A DNA stretch of 64,000 nucleotides from NCBI GenBank assembly GCA_050944015.1, contig JBMNQG010000005.1, forward strand, positions 432-64,431. The letters run 5' to 3'. This document shows, one piece after another, positions 1 to 9,179 of this stretch (the stretch's first letter is position 1; each line of letters opens with the position of its first letter). This stretch comes from Oscillospiraceae bacterium. GTDB lineage: Bacteria; Bacillota; Clostridia; Oscillospirales; Oscillospiraceae. Below the pieces are notes generated by a model. That model did not search any database. It was given only the letters and a program-made list of their open reading frames with translations, and had not been told where the DNA came from. Made by a program: the position numbers and the translations under genes.

Positions 1-74
1 CCTATATGTTGCGCTTTTCACACACAAATTTGGCCATAAAACGTAATTTAACGGCAAAATCGCCTCAGTATTTC

Positions 75-119
75 GGTGCGAACCAGACGGCAAAACCATG
101 GGAGCCCCATGTTCGCACC
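75..119 (-). other. Inverted repeat (9-bp arms GGTGCGAAC / GTTCGCACC) overlapping the cas2 stop codon, with an inner CATGGG-AGC-CCCATG hairpin
   Basis: Arms at 75-83 and 111-119 pair perfectly. The cas2 stop TAG is at 119-121 on the minus strand. No U-tract follows on the minus strand. Confidence 0.4.
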
Positions 120-409
120 TAGACCATCAGGACATCTTCGGGCTGATAAGTATTATTGCATCCGAAATGCTCAATCTTTTTTTCATATTGGTTACCAAGA
201 AGATAGAATCGCAGACTGTCTTTTTCCGGATTTATTATTGCGCATAATTTGGACTTCAAACTGCGGTACTGCGCAGCGTCAACCAGACATTCAAACACCG
301 AAAACTGTACCCGCTGGCCGTAATTGACGCACTGCTTTGCTATCTGTCTCAGCCGCTTCCGTCCGGCGGCATCCTCTGTGTTCACATCATAGGTAATGAC
401 AACTAGCAT
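119..409 (-). CDS. cas2: CRISPR-associated endoribonuclease Cas2
   Basis: Internal ATG at 409 of ORF 119..505 gives a 96-aa protein, MLVVITYDVNTEDAAGRKRLRQIAKQC..., typical of the Cas2 N-terminus. It lies directly after cas1. Confidence 0.9.
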   Translation of the reverse strand: MLVVITYDVNTEDAAGRKRLRQIAKQCVNYGQRVQFSVFECLVDAAQYRSLKSKLCAIINPEKDSLRFYLLGNQYEKKIEHFGCNNTYQPEDVLMV

Positions 410-414
410 CTCAT

Positions 415-1446
415 TCACTTCCACAGGAATGGAGGATAGGCATCCAAATCCCCGCGGAGATACCGCGCAAGCAGCAACGCCTGAATATATGGAACCATCC
501 CCCATTCCATTTTTTCATTCAGGTACGGATGGGTGATGCCGTCCCTTTTCTTTGTCTGCCAGCTTTTTAGAAAAGTTCTCCTTGCGTTTTCCGTCAGCGA
601 GACTGCACCGCTTTCGCTGGTTTCAAAGTCGCCGGGGGATATGATTCGGTTGTTGATTATCGTCAGAACAAACCGATCAGCCATGCAGGGACGAAGCTCC
701 TCCATCAAATCCAAGGCAAGGGAACTCCGGCCGGGGCGGTCGCGATGTAAAAACCCCACATAGGAGTCAAGTCCCACGCTCTCCAATGCGGACGCGCAGT
801 CATGGGCAAGCAGATTGTAGGCAAAGGAGAGCAAGGCGTTCATTGGATCGAGCGGCGGACGTCGGGTCCTTGTGCGGAAATAGAATGCCTCCTTATTATT
901 CAGAATCATGTGATCCAGCACGCCAAAATAGATGCTGGATCCAACTCCTTCCAGCCCCCGCAATGACTCCAGCGAGGTCTCCTCCGCTACCGCAGGCAGC
1001 AGTTGCCTCAGCCTATTGGACGCATCCTTTAGCACCTGCGTGTCTACCCGCAGTCCGTGGTCCCGGCAGGTGCGCTCAATGCTCCAACGAGCATTGAACA
1101 GCTTTCCGAAAATCATCGTTCGTGCTACGCCGCAGCTTAGCATCGGATCGTCCGCTATCCGGTACTGCGTGCGGCGCAACAGTACATTGCCGTTTCCCGC
1201 TCCGGTGACACGAGCCAGAAATTTCCCTCTGGGGGTGCAGAAGGAAAAACCAATCTGTCTCTCCCAACAAGCCCCCATCAGCGCCGGAGATGCCCCGGAA
1301 TAGGAGAACGAAATGATGTTTGAAAGATTGTGCAGAGGATATCGGGCCACCACCTGCTTTTCCCGGTTGACAACCACGTTCTCGCCGTCCAGTGACAGGT
1401 ACGCGTCCTCCGAGGTGACAAAGAGCGTGTTCAGAAGATGTTTCAT
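415..1446 (-). CDS. cas1: CRISPR-associated endonuclease Cas1 (type I-C context)
   Basis: 343 aa, MKHLLNTLFVTSEDAYLSLDGENVVV..., a Cas1-like N-terminus. Sits between cas4 and cas2. Confidence 0.9.
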   Translation of the reverse strand: MKHLLNTLFVTSEDAYLSLDGENVVVNREKQVVARYPLHNLSNIISFSYSGASPALMGACWERQIGFSFCTPRGKFLARVTGAGNGNVLLRRTQYRIADDPMLSCGVARTMIFGKLFNARWSIERTCRDHGLRVDTQVLKDASNRLRQLLPAVAEETSLESLRGLEGVGSSIYFGVLDHMILNNKEAFYFRTRTRRPPLDPMNALLSFAYNLLAHDCASALESVGLDSYVGFLHRDRPGRSSLALDLMEELRPCMADRFVLTIINNRIISPGDFETSESGAVSLTENARRTFLKSWQTKKRDGITHPYLNEKMEWGMVPYIQALLLARYLRGDLDAYPPFLWK

Positions 1447-2105
1447 GGTGAATCCTCCATGCCCTGACGCAGATACTCCGCCACGGAGCGTTTACTCATT
1501 AGCTTGGGCAGACATATCTCCTTGAGAGAGCAGGCGTTGCAGGATTTTGTAGGCTTTACCTTGGGCGTATGCCCCCGCCGATACAATTCATGCATCTCCG
1601 CCAGGGCTTCCCGAACGCTGTTGCGAAGTTCTTCCGTGAAGGTTACGACACTGCGCTGCCGTTTTTCTCCGTAGAACAGCGCTCCCACTGGGATCTCACA
1701 GCAGAGCATTTCCTCAAGACACATGGCCTGTCCGCATAGCTGCAGGCTATCGCCGCTCTGTCTGTTCGGAGCACCACGCTTGTACTCAACGGGATAGGGC
1801 TGCCACAATCCTTCCCGCCCGGGCAACGATATCCCATGATCGCCTCTATGGAATTCCAACACATCACACTGCCCGGAGACACCCAAGGAGGAGGAGAACA
1901 CCCGCATTCCCCGAGTGATGATCAAATCTCTCCTGCTCTCCCGGTAGCCTGCGTCATGGGCGTTTTTGTGCATCAGGGTGCCGTCCACCGTGCGGAGGTT
2001 ATCTTCCCATTGGTTTTCAATATGTATCAACGCCCATTGGCGGCGGCAGAACCTAAAGTGCTGCAGGCCGGACAGCTGGAGAAACTCCTCCTCTTTATAT
2101 TCCAT
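1443..2105 (-). CDS. cas4: CRISPR-associated exonuclease Cas4
   Basis: ATG at 2105 (MEYKEEEFLQLSGLQHFRFCRRQWAL...). The C-terminal cysteine cluster C..C..C (KSCNACSLKEIC) fits the Cas4 Fe-S motif. It overlaps the cas1 start by 4 nt. The track fuses it to the upstream out-of-frame read-through of cas7. Confidence 0.85.
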   Translation of the reverse strand: MEYKEEEFLQLSGLQHFRFCRRQWALIHIENQWEDNLRTVDGTLMHKNAHDAGYRESRRDLIITRGMRVFSSSLGVSGQCDVLEFHRGDHGISLPGREGLWQPYPVEYKRGAPNRQSGDSLQLCGQAMCLEEMLCCEIPVGALFYGEKRQRSVVTFTEELRNSVREALAEMHELYRRGHTPKVKPTKSCNACSLKEICLPKLMSKRSVAEYLRQGMEDSP

Positions 2106-2939
2106 CGATGATCTCACAGTGTAAACCGGGTAGTTCCTCAAGGGTGATTTCGAAATCCTCAAAACTTGAGGGCAGATCCGTGCTATCCTTTGGCACGACA
2201 GATACGCTTGAATGAACCCGGGCGGAGGAGTATTGTCCCGATGGGCAGTTATGCTCCCACCAATACAGCTTTCTAACCTGCATGGAGCCCTCCGGACGGG
2301 CAGAGGAGGCGTCGTTTTCAAACAGGGTCGCAGGCACTCCTTGATTGTTGCCGTATCCTCCTCGGTAAAGCCGGTCTTCTGGGCCAGCTGCACATTTATG
2401 GATCCCTTAATCTTGTAAAGGCCAAATCGGACCATGTGCTTCATGCCCATAGTATCCGAGCTGCGCTTTTCTGACGGCTCGCTGTTCACGCTTTTCGTTA
2501 TTTGCATTGAATGGATCTCAACGGGGCACACACTCACTGCCTGATGAATGGACACAGGGCCTCTTACGCCTACCGATACGCCGCTTTTCTCATTGGATTT
2601 AAATGCGAACACCTGCCCGAAGCTACGCACGTCCAGCCACCTCTCGCAGGCAAGCCGGGCATATTCATCCGGATCCTTGATTCCCTTCAACGCGCTGTTG
2701 GCGCGTTCGCTTAGGGACTTAAAGCCATCATCACAGCGATCGTCGGACTTTACAAAGATTTCATGTCCCAGATCCTGCATCCGGTTGCGGATTTTGCGCT
2801 TGATACACACGTCGGAAATCTCTCCGTAGCCGTTGTAATCGGTGCGGGGACGGTTCCCGTTGAGCGGGTCACCGTTGCAATTTGCCATAGACACGATCAC
2901 AAGGGCCACAAAATCAATCTTATTCTTCAACAGACTCAT
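2095..2939 (-). pseudogene. cas7: Cas7 (Csd2), type I-C backbone subunit, interrupted by a 1-nt frameshift near 2331
   Basis: N-terminal 203 codons (2939 to 2331): MSLLKNKIDFVALVIVSMANCNGDPLNGNRPR... The canonical C-terminus ATLFENDASSARPEGSMQVRKLYWWEH... is in another frame (2331 to 2095). The two frames share base 2331. Confidence 0.8.
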
Positions 2940-4731
2940 CTTCGGCTTCCTCCTTTTCTACTCTTTGCTTTTTACGGGTCATGGCACTGCGCTGGTGATA
3001 GTAGCCCAGCAGATATGTATCCTCCAGTTTCCTGCCAAGCTCCGAGTCGCTGGCATCGGGGAGCATCTCAACAATCTCGCTGGTGAGATTCTTAAAGTAG
3101 GCCCGCAGCCCGGGAGTCAGTCTCGCGTAGTAGGGAATGAGCTTCTCTTCCAGAATTCGCCAGCCATAGAGGGGGCGCTGGGCAAACACCGACCACATGC
3201 GGATGGCGTTTGGTTCCCTTCCCTCCTCACGGTCATAGGTGCTGCGCTCCACCTGCTCCGCTATGGCGAGCAATCTGCCAAAGAGGTAGCTCCGGTCGCG
3301 ATTGGATGCGTCGAGCGTCAACTTCCATTCCTCCTTTTGCAGTTTATCGTTACGGTATTTGCGCACGACCGCGCAAGCCGTCGTCAGAAGCGTTTCCCGA
3401 TTTTTGGGGTTATAGGCCAAGGGGATACCCGCCCTTGTGACCAATGCCCGCACGATATCATAGGACAGAGGCTGCTTGTCCACCATGCAGCGTAAAAGCT
3501 GCTGGAAGCGTTCACTCAGGATTTTTTCATCAGTCTCTATGAACTTGTCCCTCTGGGTACCAAAGGCACATTCAACAATTCGCCGCAGGGACGGGGATTG
3601 TACGCCATAATAGGTATCCCAGCAGAGGGTGGAGTACCAGTCCTCGATTCTGTCCAGAAAGTCGGAGGCTTTTAACTCATTATAGTAGGTGAGCGACAAG
3701 CGCCCAGTTGTAGCCGCATCGAAGGCCGCAATAACCACATCACTAGTGGGCTTCAGCGCCTGCCTGTAACCGCCGAGAGTTGCTGACAGTTGCCGCTTAT
3801 ACCCGACATAATCTGCCGGCTCCTCGCCGGGCATCCCTAAAAACGCGAATTTTGGAACCTGGGCACCCTCCGGGTTCCAGCAGATAAAGGTTCTGTTGCC
3901 AATAATTACGCCGTCTTTGGAGGTTATCCACCGAAGGGCATAGTGGGACATTTGTGAAGCGGTGTAGCCGATATTGTACGCTTGCTTCGGTTCCGTAAAG
4001 CGCCCCCGATAGGTAAAGTTCGTATTGTCATTTGCAGAAATAAGCTTGGCGCTGTTGTCTTTAACCACTACGCCCTTAGGGTGCGTGTCGCAAACCGTAT
4101 CCAACAGTCCGGTTATATAGCAGTAGTCACGCTCTTCTGAAGCGAGCTGGCTCTCGTAATAGGAGATATAGCTCTGAAATAGAGTGGCGTCCTCCCAGCA
4201 TGCTGAGGAGACACCCTCCGGAGCGGGAATGACTTGCCAGCGCACCAGGCATTTGTTGTAATCGGTGCCTTCAATTTTCCCGCTCCCCAGATTACCGGAT
4301 TCATCCAGCGTTATGACCCCGGATGCCGCCAAATCAGTGAGAATGGTGCCTTTTTGTATGTATTTCAGCACCGCAACTACCTTAGGATGGGAGAATTCAG
4401 AATTAGCCCACCGGGCAAGCTGAGTGATATAGGAAACATGTTTTCTCTTGTCACGGGGCGATATGTAGCATAGCTGGTCGCAGAGCGGATGGGCTCCCAC
4501 ATTCGAGGTTCGGCTGGCTGATTTTACACTGACCGGGATGATAGTTTTTGATTGGTCTTTTGGAACCGGATAGGCTTTCTGGAATTCGCCGTCGGCGTTG
4601 ATGACTATCTCGATGTGAGCGTTTTGTATGATATGGGAGATGGGGGTCAGAGGCTCCTTACCTTCCTCAATTTTGCCAACCAGATGCTCATAGGCCCGAT
4701 AGGTTCGATAAGCCGCCTGCAGGATTCCCAA
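2920..4731 (-). CDS. cas8c: Cas8c (Csd1), type I-C large subunit
   Basis: 603 aa, located between cas5 and cas7. Size and position fit Csd1. Confidence 0.8.
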   Translation of the reverse strand: MGILQAAYRTYRAYEHLVGKIEEGKEPLTPISHIIQNAHIEIVINADGEFQKAYPVPKDQSKTIIPVSVKSASRTSNVGAHPLCDQLCYISPRDKRKHVSYITQLARWANSEFSHPKVVAVLKYIQKGTILTDLAASGVITLDESGNLGSGKIEGTDYNKCLVRWQVIPAPEGVSSACWEDATLFQSYISYYESQLASEERDYCYITGLLDTVCDTHPKGVVVKDNSAKLISANDNTNFTYRGRFTEPKQAYNIGYTASQMSHYALRWITSKDGVIIGNRTFICWNPEGAQVPKFAFLGMPGEEPADYVGYKRQLSATLGGYRQALKPTSDVVIAAFDAATTGRLSLTYYNELKASDFLDRIEDWYSTLCWDTYYGVQSPSLRRIVECAFGTQRDKFIETDEKILSERFQQLLRCMVDKQPLSYDIVRALVTRAGIPLAYNPKNRETLLTTACAVVRKYRNDKLQKEEWKLTLDASNRDRSYLFGRLLAIAEQVERSTYDREEGREPNAIRMWSVFAQRPLYGWRILEEKLIPYYARLTPGLRAYFKNLTSEIVEMLPDASDSELGRKLEDTYLLGYYHQRSAMTRKKQRVEKEEAEDESVEE

Positions 4732-5460
4732 TCAGATCACCTCCCCTCCAAACTCTTGCAAGCCCTGGAAATTCCCATACACTGCGCCAAATGGTTTTAT
4801 CTCCATATACCGCACTGGCCTTTTAATGGGGCATTCCTCCGGTGGAATAAATTCGATGACCCCTCCACGCATCACCGGATACCAGTAACGGATGGTCATC
4901 TTGTTCCTAGTCTCCTCGGAGAAGGCCTCGTCCGCATAGGTGATGCCATGGTAGGTCAGGCCAAAGGCCAGCTCGGGGAGGTCATCATAGTGGCCTTTGC
5001 CGTCCATGAATTTACAGGGAGTGACGTATCCCTGGCATTCCCGTGTGCCCAGGAAGATATCCCTGCGCCCGCCCCGCTCTATCATGCGTTTTGCGATATT
5101 GTGGTGTTTGTGCTCGTTGTGATCGGCGGAAAGCTCCGGGCGGTTCGGGTTCCAGACAAAGTGGGCCTGAACCTGGTAGCGGCAGTCCTTTAAATAGGTG
5201 TAGTAGGCCAGCTCATTGCCCCCATAATATTTGATGGGGCGAATCCCCTTCACCTCGGTCTGGATGGGGTTCATGACCCGGACGGCGTCTATCACCCAGA
5301 TAAAGGAAGGCTTCCAATACACCGAGGAGAGGATACCTTTGAGGGCCTCATAGGTTGGTATCTGGAGGGTGCATTTCTCACCTCCCACCCGCATGACGGG
5401 GTCAGAAAACAGCGCATAGGCGCCTGTGACCTCGAATTCCACCGTATTTCGATGTATCAT
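4732..5460 (-). CDS. cas5: Cas5c (Cas5d) pre-crRNA-processing subunit
   Basis: ATG at 5460 (MIHRNTVEFEVTGAYALFSDPVMRVGGEK...), a typical Cas5 N-terminus. It sits 1 nt after the cas3 stop codon (TAA at 5462-5464). The longer ORF in the track overlaps cas3. Confidence 0.85.
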   Translation of the reverse strand: MIHRNTVEFEVTGAYALFSDPVMRVGGEKCTLQIPTYEALKGILSSVYWKPSFIWVIDAVRVMNPIQTEVKGIRPIKYYGGNELAYYTYLKDCRYQVQAHFVWNPNRPELSADHNEHKHHNIAKRMIERGGRRDIFLGTRECQGYVTPCKFMDGKGHYDDLPELAFGLTYHGITYADEAFSEETRNKMTIRYWYPVMRGGVIEFIPPEECPIKRPVRYMEIKPFGAVYGNFQGLQEFGGEVI

Positions 5461-5461
5461 C

Positions 5462-7846
5462 TTATCCCTCCAAAAATTCATTCCGGCCTCCACTGACATC
5501 AAGGCCGGTTGTGTACGAATAATACTCGGGTCGAAGCACCAGAACGGAGCCATCAAATAGGCCATAGATTCCTCCCATGTCCTGCAGCCGCTTAAGCTCG
5601 TACTCATACAGGGAGATGGAAAACGGTTTGAGTTCTGCTAGCAGTTTTCTGCGGTAGTTTAAGTCATACCGTGCCTCATTCGATTGCAAATCGGAGAGTA
5701 TGACTTTTCCCTGCCCATAGGGTACCAATACGTCGATGGTGTCATCGTCGAACACACGAAACTCGCTGCCCGCCGTTTTAAACGCCTGTGTGATGACGTA
5801 TCTTCCTTTGCTATCGCTGTGAAATTCAAAAGTTCGATTGTCCGACAGGAGCGTAAATAGGTCGGTACCCAGACTTTTTAAGGGATAATCCAGTGCATTT
5901 TTCGGCAGATCGATATAGAGTCGGCGATAATAGGCCTCGATGGACGCGTCGGAGGCGAGATCATTCTGAAACCGGTCGGGGGCCAGAGCGTATTCAGCCA
6001 TCACAGATTCCGCCGCCAGCTGGGACTGCCGGATCTCTTTAAGGTGGCTTAGATTCTCCTCTCTAAGGTTAACGATATACACCGGGCAAAGCCGCCCAAA
6101 CTCGCCGTTTCGATTGCAGCGCCCCGCGGCCTGAACAATATTGTCTAGCCCGGCGGAAACTCGAATCACACAAGCGAAGGAGAAGTCCACTCCCGCCTCT
6201 ACCAGTTGGGTGGATACGCAAATCATCCGGCGTTTTTTCTCTAAGGCGCTGTTGATCTTCGCCAGGGTATCCACTCGGTGGGCCATGCACATGGATGTGG
6301 AGAGGTGGTGGGTCTCCACGTCCGGCAACTGTGATACTGCGTTATAGATGGACCGCGCCTCGGCTTTGGTATTGCATATGATGAGCAGGCTGTTTGCCTG
6401 ATTCATGCAATCTACTGCAAGGTCGGTCAGCTCGTCCGTGGTGTAGCCTCCCTTTTTTCGCTTGTCTTGAATCTCTGTACGGTGAAACACCTGCCGCCAG
6501 GCCGGGTCGATGGTTACTAAATCCGCCGGCTCCCTAAAATGCAGGGCGTGGGGCACATATTCCAGGCAGGGCTGCGTCGCGGAGCAGAGGACTATCACCG
6601 AATTGCAGGCGGAGGCCAGAAAATTCATGGCTATATTGAATAGAGACAGCATCTTGCGCGGGACCGACTGCACCTCGTCGATGACAATCACGCTGTCCGC
6701 CAGTGCGTGCATGCGGCGGATGCTGGACGTCTTGTCCAAAAACAATGTGTTTAGTAGCTGTACCAGCGTTGTGATCACAATGGGGGCATCCCAGGTCTCC
6801 ATCAGCAGCTCGTTTTCGTCCAATTCGTTTAGCTCATCACTTTTTTTGCTTTCTCGGATGATGTTGGAATGATGCTCTAAAACCAGGGTATCGTTATTGA
6901 CTGCCTCCCGTATCGCCTTTGCATTCTGTTCCAGGACGCTAAGGAGCGGGATAGCAAAGAATATGCGCTTTTTCCCCTTCTGGGCCGCCACCGAGAGAGC
7001 ATATCGAAGGCCAGACAGGGTCTTTCCACCGCCCGTCGGGACCGATAAACGGTAGATGCCCTTCTCCCTTTTACCGGCTTCCCGGCACCGGTTGGAGATC
7101 TCGCGGCGTACTGTATTGATGAGAGTTTCCGAGGGCATCTGCGCAAGCTTCACTTCCAGATTTGTTAAGAGGCTCTCCCACTGATCGCGGGTCGGCAGAG
7201 GTGTCTGAATTCTGATACCGTACATGAATTCAGCGGTGTCTCGCCGATCGGCATCAATCACCGTGGATAGGAGCATCCGGGACAGCAAGGCCAGGCAGAA
7301 CCGCAGCTCCTTTTCGCTCTTTAGATATGGTTTCATCTGCTCCACCATAGCCATGATCTCTTTTTCCGCTGCGTTGAACAGTCGATCCAGCTCGTCGAGA
7401 TCGGCACAGTGCATTAAAAAAAGACTTCTCGCCTCCTGGTAGCCGATTTCCTCGGCTGTCAGTCGGTGGAGAAATCTATCTCTGCCATCGGAGTCAATGC
7501 AGTCAAACAACCCGTGATGGGCACCTGTAGACACAGCAATGATCTCGCTTGCCATATTTCTGAGATCGGGTGCACTCGATGTGTGCCACCGATCCAGAAT
7601 AAAACGAACGGCGGCAAAGGTATGGTTGACGCTGCCACGAATAACCCGCTCACCCCTGGCGGCCCGGGTAATATAATCCTGAAAACCCGCCGCAAACTTT
7701 CCCATATCGTGGAGGAGGCCCGCCAGATAGGCCGCATTGCGCAGTCCAGGCAGAACTTCCGCTGCATATCGTGCGCAGTTGCGGCAATGTTCTTCAATCC
7801 CCTGGGCAACACCGTCGCTATGACGGATTCGCGCAAAATAAGCCAT
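5462..7846 (-). CDS. cas3: Cas3 HD-nuclease/helicase
   Basis: 794 aa. HD motif LLHDMGK near the N-terminus, Walker A VPTGGGKT, DEAH-like VIDEVQ. Confidence 0.9.
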   Translation of the reverse strand: MAYFARIRHSDGVAQGIEEHCRNCARYAAEVLPGLRNAAYLAGLLHDMGKFAAGFQDYITRAARGERVIRGSVNHTFAAVRFILDRWHTSSAPDLRNMASEIIAVSTGAHHGLFDCIDSDGRDRFLHRLTAEEIGYQEARSLFLMHCADLDELDRLFNAAEKEIMAMVEQMKPYLKSEKELRFCLALLSRMLLSTVIDADRRDTAEFMYGIRIQTPLPTRDQWESLLTNLEVKLAQMPSETLINTVRREISNRCREAGKREKGIYRLSVPTGGGKTLSGLRYALSVAAQKGKKRIFFAIPLLSVLEQNAKAIREAVNNDTLVLEHHSNIIRESKKSDELNELDENELLMETWDAPIVITTLVQLLNTLFLDKTSSIRRMHALADSVIVIDEVQSVPRKMLSLFNIAMNFLASACNSVIVLCSATQPCLEYVPHALHFREPADLVTIDPAWRQVFHRTEIQDKRKKGGYTTDELTDLAVDCMNQANSLLIICNTKAEARSIYNAVSQLPDVETHHLSTSMCMAHRVDTLAKINSALEKKRRMICVSTQLVEAGVDFSFACVIRVSAGLDNIVQAAGRCNRNGEFGRLCPVYIVNLREENLSHLKEIRQSQLAAESVMAEYALAPDRFQNDLASDASIEAYYRRLYIDLPKNALDYPLKSLGTDLFTLLSDNRTFEFHSDSKGRYVITQAFKTAGSEFRVFDDDTIDVLVPYGQGKVILSDLQSNEARYDLNYRRKLLAELKPFSISLYEYELKRLQDMGGIYGLFDGSVLVLRPEYYSYTTGLDVSGGRNEFLEG

Positions 7847-8132
7847 AACATTCCTCCTTATCCCATTTATGGCATTTTATGGCTTTATTGTAGCATCGAA
7901 TTAATATTATTTCAACAATTTCCGTCATTTTTTTCCAGTTTGTCAATTATTGGTCACTTCGAGTAATCACATAGCCATAAATAACAAAAAGGCCACATGC
8001 GACGTTCTTCACAAATCGCAAAAAGCCGTCAAAACTTTGAAAATAAAGGTCTTGCTGGCTCCAAATATAATATTAAAATTGAGTATGCATTTTAAATCAT
8101 TGCCGCTCCAAAAAATGCAGCTATTAAGATAC

Positions 8133-8169
8133 GAAAAAGAGCTTGGCGCGTGCGTTTGCGTCAAGCTCT
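8133..8169 (-). terminator. Rho-independent terminator after the amidohydrolase gene
   Basis: Stem AGAGCTTG / CAAGCTCT (8138-8145 / 8162-8169) with extra inner pairs. A U5 run follows on the minus strand. Confidence 0.7.
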
Positions 8170-8183
8170 TTTCAGTTCTTACG

Positions 8184-9179
8184 CTAACCGGCGTATATGC
8201 CCAGTTTTTCGGCGTTCCTATAATACAACATTTCGCGCTCTTCAGAAGTAAGCGGCAGGCTTTTGACGAAATTCACCATATCCTCGGCGGACTCGAAAGG
8301 ATAGTCGCTTCCGAACAGAATATTTTCTATCCCCAGCACATCCTGGGTGCATTTAAACGCCTCTTTGGACATATTGCCGCTTGTAGTTACCATTATATTC
8401 TTTTTAAAGTAGTAGCTTGGCTTTTCCCTGTTCTTCAAGCTGGGATTGGGCAGAAAGTTAATCCTGTTGTCTATGCGCTCAAGCAGGAAGGGTATCGCCT
8501 CCCCAAGGTGCCCCAAGAGAAGCCTGGTTTCCGGCACCTCGTCAAACACGCCCGAAACAATGAGCTTTAGCACCGCGAGCATTGTGCCAACAGTGAATCC
8601 TGCTCCGGGTCCCGCCAGGGTAAATCCGTACCTGCCGAGTTCCTCAATCTGCGGAAGGGTTGGGTGCAGGTAAATGAACACGCCAAGCTCCGCCGCTTTT
8701 TTGAACAGAGGGCGGTATTTCTCCTGTTCGGGGGACTCGGGACCGTAGTTAGAGTGGGTATGCCAGCACACGAAGCCCAGTTCACTGACGCAGCGCTCAA
8801 GTTCGTCGCAGGCGGCCTTCACGTCCCTTACGGGCAGAATCGCGCTGCCAAGGAATCTGCCGGGATAGCGTTTCGTAAGCTCATAAACAGTGTTGTTTGT
8901 CTTCTTTGCCAGCTCCACGCTTTCCGAGGGGTCAAGGTCTTCCACTCCCTGGGCGGTGCTGATAATGGCGGTGCTGATGCCCAGCCTATCCATCATCTTA
9001 ACGCGCTCGTCACCAATATCAAGCAGCCGCTTGAGAAGAGGGCCTTGGGGCATCTTTATCAGCTCGTTCCATTGAATAACGTCGGCCTGGCGGTCATAGT
9101 GGGGGTAACCTTTGCGTCGCTCCATAGCCTCAATGGTGCTATGGTCATAGAAATGGTGTTCAAAATCTATCAGCTTCAT
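8184..9179 (-). CDS. Amidohydrolase_2 family protein (ACMSD/LigW-like metal-dependent decarboxylase/hydrolase family)
   Basis: 331 aa. Has ...CWHTHSNYG..., ...LLLGHLGEAIPF... and ...FGSDYPFE..., characteristic of the PF04909-type fold. Its start overlaps the dctP stop (TAATG). Confidence 0.75.
   Translation of the reverse strand: MKLIDFEHHFYDHSTIEAMERRKGYPHYDRQADVIQWNELIKMPQGPLLKRLLDIGDERVKMMDRLGISTAIISTAQGVEDLDPSESVELAKKTNNTVYELTKRYPGRFLGSAILPVRDVKAACDELERCVSELGFVCWHTHSNYGPESPEQEKYRPLFKKAAELGVFIYLHPTLPQIEELGRYGFTLAGPGAGFTVGTMLAVLKLIVSGVFDEVPETRLLLGHLGEAIPFLLERIDNRINFLPNPSLKNREKPSYYFKKNIMVTTSGNMSKEAFKCTQDVLGIENILFGSDYPFESAEDMVNFVKSLPLTSEEREMLYYRNAEKLGIYAG

Noticed and set aside
1-118. CRISPR array or repeat fragment after cas2
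   Set aside because: No unit is repeated within the 118 bp. Only a single inverted repeat is present. The array, if any, lies outside the window.
1443-2939. The 498-aa ORF as a genuine Cas7-Cas4 fusion protein
   Set aside because: Its middle 75 codons are an out-of-frame reading of the Cas7 C-terminal region. The recognisable Cas7 C-terminus is in the 2095..2337 frame, and cas4 has its own ATG at 2105. A frameshift artefact or pseudogene explains the ORF better.
3484-3486. An internal start in cas8c (MVDKQPLSYD...) producing a separate Cas11c small subunit, as described for some I-C systems
   Set aside because: No purine-rich RBS precedes this ATG (upstream sequence is CAGCTTTTACGCTGC). The resulting 188-aa product is larger than I would expect. 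I cannot support this from sequence alone.
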